Positions 40,401 to 53,339 of a DNA stretch of 64,000 bases are shown here, in pieces; within the stretch, counting starts at the first letter, position 1; every line of letters begins with the position of its first letter. The notes beneath the pieces were generated by a model. The model did not search any database. It was given only the letters and a program-made list of their open reading frames with translations, and was not told the DNA's origin. The translations under genes and the position numbers were made by a program. The stretch covers positions 4,560,425 through 4,624,424 of the forward strand of contig NW_003526941.1 in NCBI RefSeq assembly GCF_000181795.1. Reading direction: 5' to 3'. The stretch comes from Trichinella spiralis (Eukaryota).

Positions 40401-43400
40401 TTTTTTAAAAATACATCATCATCAACCAACCAATGATGACGAACGAACAAAAAGCAACCGAACAGACAGAGAAAATGATGCTTGGCGGTGCCGGTCACCG
40501 CCAGCGTGACGTTGCCTATCCGACGACGGCCACGTTCCAATTTTGTCCAATCTCGCAATGGAATTTTCCCCCTCCCCTTAATTGGTGAAATTAAATCAGT
40601 GTCACCGGCATAGTCGACACCGACCATTTTCCACGGTGGAACGCTTTTCCTGTCACCGAAAGTTTTCACCTTGTCCCAAAGGCAGAGATTGTCAAAAATT
40701 TTCTCTTTTCTTTCTCTTTCTCTTTCTCCCTCTCCCACTTGTTGTTTGATTTAATTACACAACTCATTCAACTTGCTCGTTTTTTCTCCTTCCCACATAA
40801 TATCCGATAATTTATTCCATCCACATCCATCTATATCACAGAACTATATACTCGTTCTGTAGTAGTCTATGAGCATTCCAACACTTCTCTTTTCCCTACC
40901 CCTCCCTCTCCTCTCGTTTTTTTTTAAAAAATGAAACCCATTTTCTCGGCGAGAATAAAATTCGGTTAATTGATGTCTGGCCGTCGTTCAAAGAAGCTTC
41001 TGCAAATTAGAAACGACTAGGAAGTAGAGTGAAAGGAAGAAGCAGAAGCAGAAGAAGAAGAAGAAGAAGCAGAAAAAAAATTGGCTCAACGCCAAATCGA
41101 CCCTGAAGCAAGCGGAAACGATCGATAAGAACGCGCGACGCCACTTGAAGCACACAAATCGAACCTAGCGAACAGAGACGCGCGTCATTAGATTCGCACA
41201 ATAATTGAACAACAATAAATGGAAAAAAATAATAAATAAATAACGCGAGAAAAACAACCAACCTATAATACACATAATATATGCATATAGTTATAAAAGA
41301 AAAACAAACAGCTGAAATCTTCCCACGTTTGCCGACTGCATTCATCAGTTATAGTTAGTTGTTGTTCAATATTTTTGAACGGATATGAACTTGGCGCTCG
41401 TGCCATGGTGCATCGATTCCCAGAACAAAAAGCAAAATCGATCAGACAGACGATAGTAATTTTTTTTCTTTTTTTTGACAATATACTTTGCAAATAGAAA
41501 ACAAAATTATCCACAAACTTTGAAGTAATAATATCCCCCTCCCCACCTTTCCCCCATACCGCATGTCTACTTTTCTACTTTGTTTTTGTCAAGTTCACAA
41601 CCGACAGTAATGCAAGTAGACCAAAAAAGAATCGGCAGATAATTTCCATTCAGTTCAGTTTTGGGATCCAAAAAAATAACAAAGAACAAAAAATCTGCCC
41701 ATCAGCTTGAACAGTAAGCAGGAAATAATAACAGTAATAAAGCGTGACAATTTTTCAAGGAAAAAACACTCCCTGTACCAGACTGTTTCAAGTGCGACGT
41801 TTCATTTTAGTTTCTCTCACTTTTTTTACATTAAATTTTTTCCCTTCCCAACCATCATCAGACAAGAAAACAAGGTCGCGATCGCTTGCAGGCAAGCATC
41901 TGGCGTCCAGGTAAGCAGACTGAATTACGTTCCAATGAAAGTTCTGCACACAAGTATGTGCGTCTGTGTCACAGTTTGATGGGGGAGGAAAACAATTTTT
42001 TTTTTATAAAAAAAACGTATCTCAAAAAATCCAAACTGATGCCGTAACGTAAGCCGAAGAGTTGGATTACAAGGGAAAAGAGATGAATAGCACACTTGAA
42101 AAGCAGAAAAAAAATAATACTTTTCCCCAAATTTTTTTACTGCATACCAGACCAGCACAACCTTACACAGCATCATTCATAAGAGCGAAACAACGGGGAA
42201 AATACATTTACAGTAAGAGAACGCAAAAATAATGACAATAATAATAATAATAAATTGAAACAGAAAAGCAGAATTTGTTGCTTCATTTCAACTATCTCCG
42301 CGAGATGTTGCCAAAGCGAGCGGTTAATAAATGAATGACTGCACAAAATCACCAGCCTCCTATACCCCTCGACACGTCAATTCAAAAACCGGGCGGCAAA
42401 TTTGAAAACAGAAAAAAAAAGAAAAATTTCCCGCCTCAACGAGAAAATATGTACACTGAATAACGTACGTAGAACGAGAGTTATGAGAGAGTTCAAAGAG
42501 AAATTGTTATAATGATCGTTTACGGCGTACCTCCTCTCTGCCCCTACTCATTTTAGAGAATATTTTTTTAAAAATAATCAACAAAACTAAAACAAAAAAT
42601 GCTTCTTACCCGACTGAAGCTGAGTCGGATCGGCTATTCTGGACTCGGACATTGAGACTCGACTGTGCCTGGGTGTGGTCAGTGGTCAGGTGAAGAACAA
42701 TTTGCCAGGTAAAGGTGAAACACGACCGTGATAAGCTTGATCAACAGAGGGAGAAAGAGGGTCTTGGATATTTTTACATGAAAGGCCTGAAGAACAACAT
42801 CAGCCTATGAACAAGATGCACAGTGCTGTGCCTTGGCAAGAACAGAAAGTAACAGAAGTGACATACCGTTGCGCGCCTTTTAAGAAACGTCAACGCCGCC
42901 GCACTACCAAATCACTGCGCAACAATTCAATGTGTGTAATGTCTGGTGCCGACAGACGGCGGTGGTGTCGAACGTTTGTCTGGATACAAATTTCGACGCT
43001 GAAAAAATAAAAACACTTCCCGCTAGTTAGTTCACAATCTAACAATAATATTATGATTAATAATTTATAATAAAACATGCTTTAATAAAGATATGAATAT
43101 TGAAAATGACCCGATAAATGCGCTTTACCTGCAAAGAGGCAGCAAGCGAATGGACGAGACGATATGCGTTGGCAAAATTCTCCCAGTCGGCCGACGTCAG
43201 AAAAGTTTCATTTCCTTCCTCGTCATGACTCTCCAAGCAGAGCAAATGGGGCTGGAACAAAACAAAAAAAAAGTAAATAGCATAAAAATAAAAGGAAAAA
43301 AAATAATAAGTGATAAAATTATAAAATAAGGAAGTGAAAATTAAATCAACCAACTACACTATTATTTATTTATCTATTTACTAGTTGTACTTTGATCACA

Positions 43401-46400
43401 TACCAACAAATTCAACCGTACAAGATTTTTCTATCACTGTTGAATCTTTGGTGGTTTGGTTGAAAATTTTCCACAATAATGGACAAATTTCGTCAAGAAT
43501 AAATTTTTTAAACAAATATAACATTCTACGAGAAATTCATTTGCATAATTACCATTCATTTTTGCATAGATCAATAATGAGCCTCATCACTACCGGAAGT
43601 ATGAACAGCACTTGCGGAAAATGTTCGCTTAACAGCAATTTATAAAATGCAAATTTTCACCAAATTATCCTGCAACTTTTCCCCCCATTGCATTTCTCTT
43701 CTAGCCCGGCTTTATTTTCCGCTTTCAAAAACGATGAACAGTGGTGAATGATAATTTCCGCCCAATTACGCAACAATCATCACAATTTCACTATACTAAC
43801 AAATGAAAAGCACAAAAAGAATAAAACAAAACGATGACAACACATTTGCCTATCCCCGTGACGATACTGCTAAGATGTCGTCGTAGTTGTGAAACTAAAT
43901 TTTGGAAAAATTCAAATTCACATGCAAATATTAGCAACAACATTAAATAAAAATATTTTTTTTTACAATGACGTAATATTTTGTGTATTCAAAGAAAAAT
44001 TGTCTGCTTTTCAAAATAATAATATTAATATTAACATTTCACATGATAACAAGCAAAATTCACTATTACGACAATATAAAAAACACTTATTCAACGCAAT
44101 CACAATCACAACGCAAAGAATTACAAAATAAGAAATAAAAATATTAAATCAATAAAAAAAAATACCATTTTCTCACAAAAATTAACTCAGTTTCAATGAA
44201 CTCAGAACTCAAAACGGTCAGTACAGAATTTCATACTGTAGCAAAAAAAACTGCAAACAGCAAAAACTAACCCACTCAAAATCTGCCAATTGGACTTTTT
44301 CAGTTAATCAAAGAATTCAATTTTTCCCCCAAAATACTCATCAAGCACCAAAAAATGAATTAATTAATTTTGAAAATATACAACTAAACCTTTTCCATAT
44401 TATAAGCAAAAAAAAGAATAACTGATACACTTTCTAAACAGGTACAACATTCCCCGCTCAAAATTACCAACTGTCAATGCCACTTTAAATTACCAGAAAA
44501 AAAACAGTGGGTGAAACTGAAAAAATTAACTAACCTATTTTGCATACGTTTAAAAATTCTTCAACTTTCATCACATCGTTTCATGGACAACAACATCACT
44601 ATACTACCTGCAAAATGTGAACAATAAAAATAACAACACATCGCAATGATGAATATAAACTTGAAATTTGCAATTTTTCAAATAAAAATTATTTAATAAT
44701 CATTTTAAATAACAATACCGACGACGTAACACAACTTTCTCATTTTATCGAGAGAAAAAGTAATTTTTACTAATAAGTCAGCAGAAACTGAGAAAATTTT
44801 AATATTATCTTAAAAACAAAACTGCCCTCAAACAATTAATTTTTCAGAATCCCTGTGTAACCTTGGAAATATTGTTTGTTCATCATATCAAGACATCAGT
44901 GAAGGTAAAAAAAATGAAAGATAAAAATGAAAAATGAAAACAATTCCAATTCCACCTTTACCAACGTCTCTGGCTAGTGAAGAAATCTGGTCAATAATGG
45001 TGCTTATCTGTGACAGCCTAATCAAATTAAGCAATGACCGAATGTCTGCTTTGACTACAAGTCCATTTGAGATGCTCTTCTGTAACTGCTCTACATATCA
45101 TCATCGATCTTTGTCTGTCTGTCTGTCTGTCTTATTCAAGCAATTCAGTGGTTGGAATAGGAACAAAAGCGACAAAGTGACAAAATCATCATCTCTCACG
45201 TTGATCGTTCACTGTTTATGGCTGTTAAGCAAAAGATAAAAATATACCATGTCGTATGGAAAAGTTCTACCATTCAGAGTCAAAAAACAGCATATTAAAA
45301 AAATATTCATCCCGTTACTTATTATCACATAAAACAACATTCAGCAAATGTAAAGAAAAGATATAAATTTATATTATATATAAATTATTCCGTTATAATA
45401 TAATGAATTATCATTCCGTTATATATACGGCGCACAATTATATCATTTTTTTCTCAAATAATTGACCGTGTTCAAATCAAACAACACTTATCAGTGATCA
45501 ACAAACAATATCTATTTCACATAGTCGACATTCTCAAGAAATAGAAGTACATAAAAACAAGTAATCCAAACTGCGTTGATAGAAATCATATATATAGATA
45601 TATATACATCACTCAGTACACATTAATTAAAATTACTTGAAATTAAATTACATTTTATCACAAAATCAATTCAAAATAAATTTCAACTACAGTAAATATA
45701 ACGCAAGTAGAATACTGTTGTGGCAACAAAAGATCATTTGAAATAACTAAATCGACCAAATTCAATTTACTGCAGAACAGAATTTCAAATTGCTTAAAAC
45801 TATTCAGAAGAAATTCACGCAAAATTATTACCAATCATCTTAAAACAAAATACTTATATTTATTAGTTTCACTGCACAGTCAACGAACTAACATTCAATG
45901 ACTATATTGATCAAATCGGTAATTTAGGCATTTCAAACATAAAATGTACAAATAAATTATACCGCAATAAAAGTAGATAAAGAGGTAAATTATCAAATAA
46001 ACTTCAATTGTATTATGAAAGAAAAAAAATGACATGAAAATAAAGAAATAAAAATAAAGCGCAAATTTTTGTTCAAGTACTTACCAAAGTAAAATTTTTC
46101 GCATTGTTCTACAAGAAGCAAAAAAAGATTCGGAAAATGATAAGCTTTCTAATCAGGGGACGATGTTCGAATCAACAAATTTCAAAACGCCAAACACGAA
46201 CATTACCTAAAATTTCATCAAAATATATATATAACAATCAAAATGACAACCAAAATGTCTTTCTTTTACAAAAAAAAATTTCAATAATAAATTTAAATCA
46301 CAAAATTCATATTGAAATACACTGTTACATAAAAAATAAATTAATAAAAATAGCAATTAAAAAAAATCAGCACATACCATCAAATTATCGAAAACTAGAT

Positions 46401-46414
46401 ATAAAATTGCAAAA

Positions 46415-48317
46415 TCACGGCTGCCGTTTTTTCATGTACGTTAGTTCGGAACTGCGTTTCAAACTGTCCGGATAGTCTGTGATCTGTTCGTCGTCATAAA
46501 TTGTCGAAATGATGTGCTTCTCTGTGAATTTTTTTGGAAAATTTCTACGTTGCAACTTTTCACCACGATATGCAAATCCAGACTTTTCTTTTCCAGTCTG
46601 CGCACTCTCGAGCATTTCTAAAGCTACAGGCAATGCACTGCCTTGGCCAGTTCTGCCCAAGCCGCTGCCTTCTTTCCATCCTTGCTTAAGAAGCAACTTC
46701 AATCCAATTCCTTTAGTGTATTTTTCAAATGCACCAAATTCGCTTTTTTTCATTCTATCCAACGATTCTTCAATTGCACTTTTTTTGCTATATTTTTTCC
46801 GACTGCTTCCAACGGTTTCTTTTTCACTCGGCTAGATAAAAATGATATGATTACACACAAATTACTACTACCACGGACACACGTCTGCTTCGATCTTAAT
46901 GCGATATGTGAACAAATACAAATAATTTTCCAAAAAAAACATTAACATTACAAATCGTCTCATTACAAACATTAAAATTAATTATCTATTAATCAATCTT
47001 TCTCCTAATTTTAATCTGTCCGTCTTTTTAATTTCAACAGTTTTCGAAGTGCATCATTTTTTCATCAACTCTCCAATGCCTTATACAGTAAAACTTAATT
47101 CTTCAACATCACAATTGTACAGTAAACAATAACAACGTGAAAAATAAAAATTACAAATAATGAAATGAGAAAATATTTTAAATTCACTTACTTCAAAAGT
47201 TTTTATTTTACATTTTAATTAAAAAAGCTTTCAAAAATTTTAAAATTAACATTTATATAGTATAGAAAAAGAAAAAACTTACCTGTTTAAATACAGAATC
47301 ACTTAATTGACCAGATTGAATCATTGCCATCCGACGAATTTCCAATGAATCTTTTGCATCTTTGTCAGCTGAATCGTATTCTTCACTGCCTTCAGCATAA
47401 TATGCACTCATATCTATATCCCATTGGTCAGCCCATTTTTCATCTGTATCATTTTCAGCTTGAGATCGTTGAAACGCGTCCGTGTTGAACACTAAGCCGG
47501 GGCCACCTTTCTCCCACACAATTTCCATTTCCTCTTCGTACAATGTTTCCTTGAGCCTGTCTTGCTTTCCTGGATCATCATGGAAAGCTTCATGACGTTC
47601 CCATTCCTCGCACTGATCGTCGTCGCCGTCTTCTTCTTCGGACAGCTCTTTCAATATGGATGTAGTGGAATATTCGCTAGCTTCAACGGGCTGTGTTTCG
47701 TACGCAAATGGAATTTCCACACCAGATCGCTGACTTGATCGAGATGTTCGATCGTAAATACCCAATTTTCTGATCATGTGCGGTGGAAATTTGCACTGCT
47801 TTATAAAGTTCAAAATGACACATGTCGGAGTGCCGACGTTTCCATTTGGCAGTAGAGCAGGTGGTTTCAGCTGACGCATCACTACATAAGATATTCCTTT
47901 AGTTCCATTGTTCTGCTGTGACGATGATAGAAATGAATGTGGATCTTTGCATTTTACAATGCAACATTTTCCATCCACGTTAAGCTCTGAATGTAAAGCC
48001 CAATCCTTTCCATGATATCGTCGAATGAAAAGATCACGATCAGACAATGTCATGAGAACCAATGCATAATTTTTATTATTAAACGATCGCTCCGCTTTAG
48101 AAGAAGCATCATCTTCTTTGCAAAAAAACTGTTCAGCTTGAATAATTTCAGGACAATGCAAATAGTGGAAGCAATGAAATCGCTGTTCTTCTACAAATGT
48201 TGAGAAAAACTGACGAAGATGTTTCGATCGAAAATTCTTTGGTATGTTGCGTACAACAGCATATACTAACTTGTCACCAGAGCTTTCACAGCCAGAACTG
48301 CTTTCAGTCTTATTCAT
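46415..48317 (-). CDS. GPATCH3: G-patch domain-containing protein 3 homolog, 483 aa
   Basis: Exons 48317-47283 and 46831-46415 (phase 0, CAG|GTAAGT ... TAG|). GPATCH3 motifs FHYLHCPE, PNGNVGTP, EEWERHEAFH, WEKGGPGLVF and WDIDMSAYY, plus the C-terminal G-patch FEKYTKGIGLKLLLKQGWKEGSGLG. Confidence 0.92.
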
Positions 48318-48492
48318 AATTCTGAAGCAATAGTGAAATTTTAAATGAATATCATTCGTAAATAAAAAAACAACACTACTAAATCATAAGCTACCTCAAA
48401 AAAATACTGAAAATCAACTGTCAAGTTATTATATTACACATTTTATAATGAAATAATAGATTACTATTTTTCAATTTTAATAACTGTAATTA

Positions 48493-49477
48493 CACAGGTC
48501 AACAAATTGAAACTTTTTTTCTAGGGTTTACTAAATTACGATTGATTTTTAATAATTTTGCTATGCAGATTTCAAAAATGTTAATGAATTTTTCCCATCA
48601 CATACAGTTTTTTCGCAATGTGTACGTGGGTATGCACGTATTGTTGTTCCCGGAGCAAGCATATGTTTTGACTGCAGTCTGAATCCTAGTATTTCAACTC
48701 CAACTTGGAGAGACCTAGATCTCGAACAAAGTCGTTCAACTCACACTGTGTGTGCAAAGAGCTGAGGTGTATTTTCATGCTCCATTTCAAAGTCGCTGTC
48801 AGTGATGGTTTCTCTGCCACTTCCTTCATCACTTGGGACAATTGTGTCCATGCTATCCCCGGTGGTGATGGAATGGGTACATCAGGACCATGGGGAACAG
48901 GCCTTGTAGCAGATGGAAGATTTGGATAAGAAATATATTTTCCGTTTTTCGCATTATAACCCCTTACATTGCTAAGACATGGTTTTGTGGTTCCCGCCAC
49001 ACCATAGGCACACCAAAGGGAAGAGATTTCAATGTTTTTTTGCTCCATTTCCGCAACTGCTCAACACATGTGTGGCAGACTATATGTATTGTGGCCCAAG
49101 ACTTGTCTTGATCTCCTAGCTTTATACCAAAGTATGCGAAATATGCCTTCTTCACAAAATCTGTTATTTTCTGCCTGCTACTCTTCACTACAAAACTGCC
49201 GCAAATGTGACAAAATGAATCTGGACTACTTAGACACTTTCGTGATGACATTTTTCGTTACTGCAGGGTCTCCTTACATGTTTATGTCTTGTATGACTCT
49301 CTTAAAACAGAAAGCACAATGTGTTACATACGTACAATAGTGGAAAAAGTAATATAGCGCGGTGTGAAAAACGGCACGTGATGGGAAAAAACAAATATCA
49401 TTTTCATAATCAGCATGCCAGAAATACCCAAAATCAGCTAATATTTGGGAGACCCCCGAAAATCATGTTGACCAGTA
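48493..49477 (-). mobile_element. Chapaev3-like (CMC superfamily) DNA transposon, internally deleted, 985 bp
   Basis: Termini CACAGGTCAACA (48493) and TGTTGACCAGTA (to 49477) match at 10/12, flanked by TTA/TTA 3-bp TSD. Subterminal inverted ATGCTGA/ATGCAGA...TTTTCCCATCAC motifs. Carries a transposase N-terminal fragment. Confidence 0.8.
48686..49251 (-). pseudogene. Frameshifted N-terminal fragment of Chapaev3-type transposase (Cys/His zinc-finger region)
   Basis: PDSFCHICG...VKKAYFAYFGIKLGDQDKSWA..IVCHTCVEQLRKW...PFGVPMVWREPQNH (ORF 48964-49251) continues in another frame as YPNLPSATRPVPH...ELNDFVRDLGLSK (ORF 48686-49048). Catalytic region absent. Confidence 0.8.
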
Positions 49478-52400
49478 TTACCAATAATTGCTTGCAATCA
49501 AGTATTTCAAGCTATGATTGACGTTACTGGAATCATTTGAATTAGATATCATTTAATTTTATCATTTAAAAAAGTGAGCAAATCTACTTTCAATCAGTAT
49601 GCTTAATTTAAATAACTCTATTTTTAAGCTACATAAATCAGCATTATCATACATACAAACTTTCCAGAATATATCAACTGAAATGAAAATATATGCAAAG
49701 CGCTGTAAAGAACACACCGTAAGAAACAAATTGGATTCAGCTAAATAACTACATTTTAATACAATGTATTTTAACATTTTATTAAGTAAATGTTGAATCA
49801 AATGAAATCAAGCCAAACTAAACGAAAACAAAACAAAACAAAACAAACTCCCAGACAGAAGCTTATATGTATATTTATAATGTTAATAAAATATAAATGA
49901 GCTTACCAAAGAAAAATATCGCAATAATGCTGTTTTATTATAAAAAATATGCTTTTCAATAACAGACTGGATTTTCAACAGCGGCAAACTGCTTATTTAA
50001 CATGCAAAAATCTGATACTTCCATTACAAGAATACTGTAGAGTTGTGATGTGCAAGATTATAATTTTTGTAATATTTCTAAAAATATTCACTACATCCAG
50101 AGTTGATTAATTTTTATTTAAACAAAGCTTAAATTATTAATTTTATTGTGGTGCAACTCGACCTGTCCGCTTTATCAAAAAGGCTAAGTTTTCAATGGTT
50201 ACGTGTACTTTATCGTCAGATACAATCAGATGATGGTATCTCGTTTGGGATAACAGATAATTTTTTCATTTAAAAACTTCAGTAAATGTTAGAAAATTAA
50301 ACATGCAGATTTGAAATAATTTTTGATGCGCGCAATTTTACACATTTAATATTGTTGTGTCATACTGTGAAGGTGAAAATTTGTCATGGCCTATAATGTG
50401 TGATAATAGCTTCAACAGTACAAGTACAACTTTGTACTGATTGTAAAGCAACTCGAAAGAATATTTGTTCTTTGAACAGCATTTGATGATGAAAAACATA
50501 AAAAGAAGGAAGCATCCTGTTTCTCCTCGTCAAACATGCAGTTTTGACTGCATTGTATAAATTGATCAGTAACTGTTTTTCTCTTTGCAAAATAAGTATA
50601 TATACACTACCGATACGTTTAGATTGTAATCAAACGCTGTCTCTACTTATCTGACCAAATATTAAAACTAAAAACACTACTAATGACGAATCTTTGGTCT
50701 TGTTACTTAGTGAAAATTGATTTTGTTAACCAATCGAATAATAAAACGTGCAAAACTTCTTCAAGTGAGCCAATGTACACTTTCACGTCGATAAATACAT
50801 GCATATATACAAACACTATCCACTATGACTTTGTGTACAAGTTGTGCCTAAATACACTCAGTCTGTGTAATGAAATCGAAATTGATTAAATATTTGACAT
50901 AAGTTAGATTCGAAAAATTTGTCTACCCGTTGCCACTCGGCCAGTCTTATTCTTTGTGGAACGGCTGCTGCAGACTGCTGTCGTTCACGTATCTGTCGAA
51001 TAACTGTCCATTTTTCCAATCTTTCAATCTACCTACAGTCATCTACAGCTAATACACACATATGTATCTGGAATTTCATGCATTTTCAACATTTCATATC
51101 TGCTTATTTTTCATCTATTGGTAGGTAAGTGAGCTTATTTTGCACGACTATTTGCCAATATTTGCAACAAACGTTCACAAGAGCAAATCCGAAAAATTCT
51201 GCTTTGAAACAAGGTTATATCATACATCATTAAAATCCTTATCAGTGTCATTGGGATATTAAGATTAATAGATTAATATTTGTGACATTTGTGATAATTT
51301 AACTGCGTGCACTTTTGAACCGAAGCTGTGCATAATAACAACAACGTTCAGGAGGACATTTGCATTGTTCGTGAAATTTCACATTTCTCTGCCCGGAACT
51401 CTTGTTCACCAGTGTTGTTTATCTTCATGCTTTTCAATCAGCGTTTGTCCTGTTGACTTGTTCTGGTTATTGGTATCCTGCCCCTCATTATTGAATAATC
51501 TTACATTTCTGGCATTTGTATTCGAATTTTTCCTTCAAGCTCATCATTTGCTTCACTTCTACGCTTGTTTTTCAGCTTTCTTGGCAAATTTTTAGAAGAA
51601 AAAGAAAATACTAATACTTGCAATTAGAAAATTGTTCACCTTGAACGTCCTTGTTTACAGAATTGCTTATCACTTCTGTAGTCAGATTAGTTTTGTTTAG
51701 ATTTTGATGATGAAATATTTTATTACATCAGTTAGTGTTATTCTGAAAGTTAAGTTGCAATATCTTCCTTCAACGCTATCTACATAAATCACATTTTCAA
51801 ATAGCACAGTTACTGTTAATGCAAACAGATTGCTTATTGGTAGAGAAAAATAAACAAAAAAGATTGAAACTGGACCGTCAATGGCTAATTCAAGCTCACT
51901 TGCCCACGCTGAGCAATCATCGTAACTGATGATGATTCAAATTACCTATGCTAACGGGCAACATGCTTTCAGGGCACAAATCATTTCGCAAATTTTATAC
52001 TAGTTTTCAATTTTCAATTTCAACAAGCGCAATTTTCTTCCTCAAAGCCAATACATGAAAAGCTATACATTATCCAGATTTTCTTAATTTATACAAAAAA
52101 TCTAATAATCAAATAATATCTCAGACATATGCTTCGTATATAATGTAATGTATTCAGATCAAATTTTGTTTCAATACTTTCCTTTATTTTTAATTAAATA
52201 CTTCATTGGGGTATGAAAATTATTTTTTTTTTAAATGACCGCTATAAACAAGAATCAACTTATGATGTGTTTCTACGCTAGCTGATGAAAGACACATTTT
52301 ATTTCCGGTTTAGCAGTATCAAAGTTATAAGTGTTCATTAAATGCCCACAGATGTTTATTTCTCTCATTTTAAGAAAATAAAATAGCAAAAGCTTACTTA

Positions 52401-53308
52401 AATTTCATAAATGCTCAAGCAGAAATAAAAGGCTGGTTTTCATTATTCATTATATACATGCTAGCCAAGGATGTTGTAAAATGTTTTGTCGTTCATTTGA
52501 AATTGTACTATTGCTGTTCTCAGCTAATGAAGTTATTCATGCAAATTAACTTTTTCATGATAAGACAGATTTTGTTTCTTATATTTCATCACACAGTATG
52601 TAAATTTAAATATAATGAAACAATAAAAGGGCTGCTTTGACGTGCGCATTAATAAATTGTATAATGCGTCTATTGGGTAAAACTGAATTGATTTGCTGTT
52701 CATAAAAAATAAGAATAAGAAGAATTTCATAATATGAAAATCTCAATCAAATTTACAAAAGCATTTGTGGAATAATAAAAAAAAAAGTGAACACAAGTGA
52801 ATAAAAATATGTCAAATGATAAGCTTATTTGCAGTTTGATAGTTCAACTGACATATCAGAAAGCCAATATGATTGACAAATAACTGCTTTAGGTGTCAAT
52901 GTGATAAAATACATTAGCAGCAAGTTTTTTTTAATTTGATCAGTTTTAAGCTTCAAGAACGTTTACAGGAAGATTAATTGCATTTTCTAAGAACAGTCTA
53001 TGCTAAATGCTCATCAAAACCATGCAAAACAGTTTTAATAGTCAAAAATAGGGGCAACTATCCCATGATCATAAAGAATACGTTTCCTTGTTATATTTTT
53101 TCCTATAATTTGTTTTCAGTTTAAGATTAATTTGTAATTTAATAACGTAAATGAAGCATTGGTGTAGTCATTTTACGGTGTAAAAGGAAAATTCACAGAA
53201 AGCACAAAAACATAAAAGCGTTAATGCAAAATATTAGCAAGGTTATTTTTGTAAATTTAGTAAAACAATAGTATAAAATAAATTTGATTTGCTTATAAAC
53301 ATTTCATA

Positions 53309-53339
<31 letters not shown>

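Noticed and set aside
35100..42200. Numerous short low-complexity ORFs (poly-C/V, poly-Y, poly-L)
   Set aside because: Products of microsatellites in intergenic DNA.
44840..45195. Three ATGATGA boxes with CTGA boxes on the - strand (possible snoRNA cluster)
   Set aside because: Spacing is atypical, terminal stems are absent and no correctly positioned guide was found; it overlaps exon-like sequence. A snoscan/Infernal run would settle it.
50380..51960. Possible minus-strand exons (e.g. IERLEKWTVIRQIRERQQ...)
   Set aside because: Could not be joined into a gene or assigned a family; evidence too weak to call.
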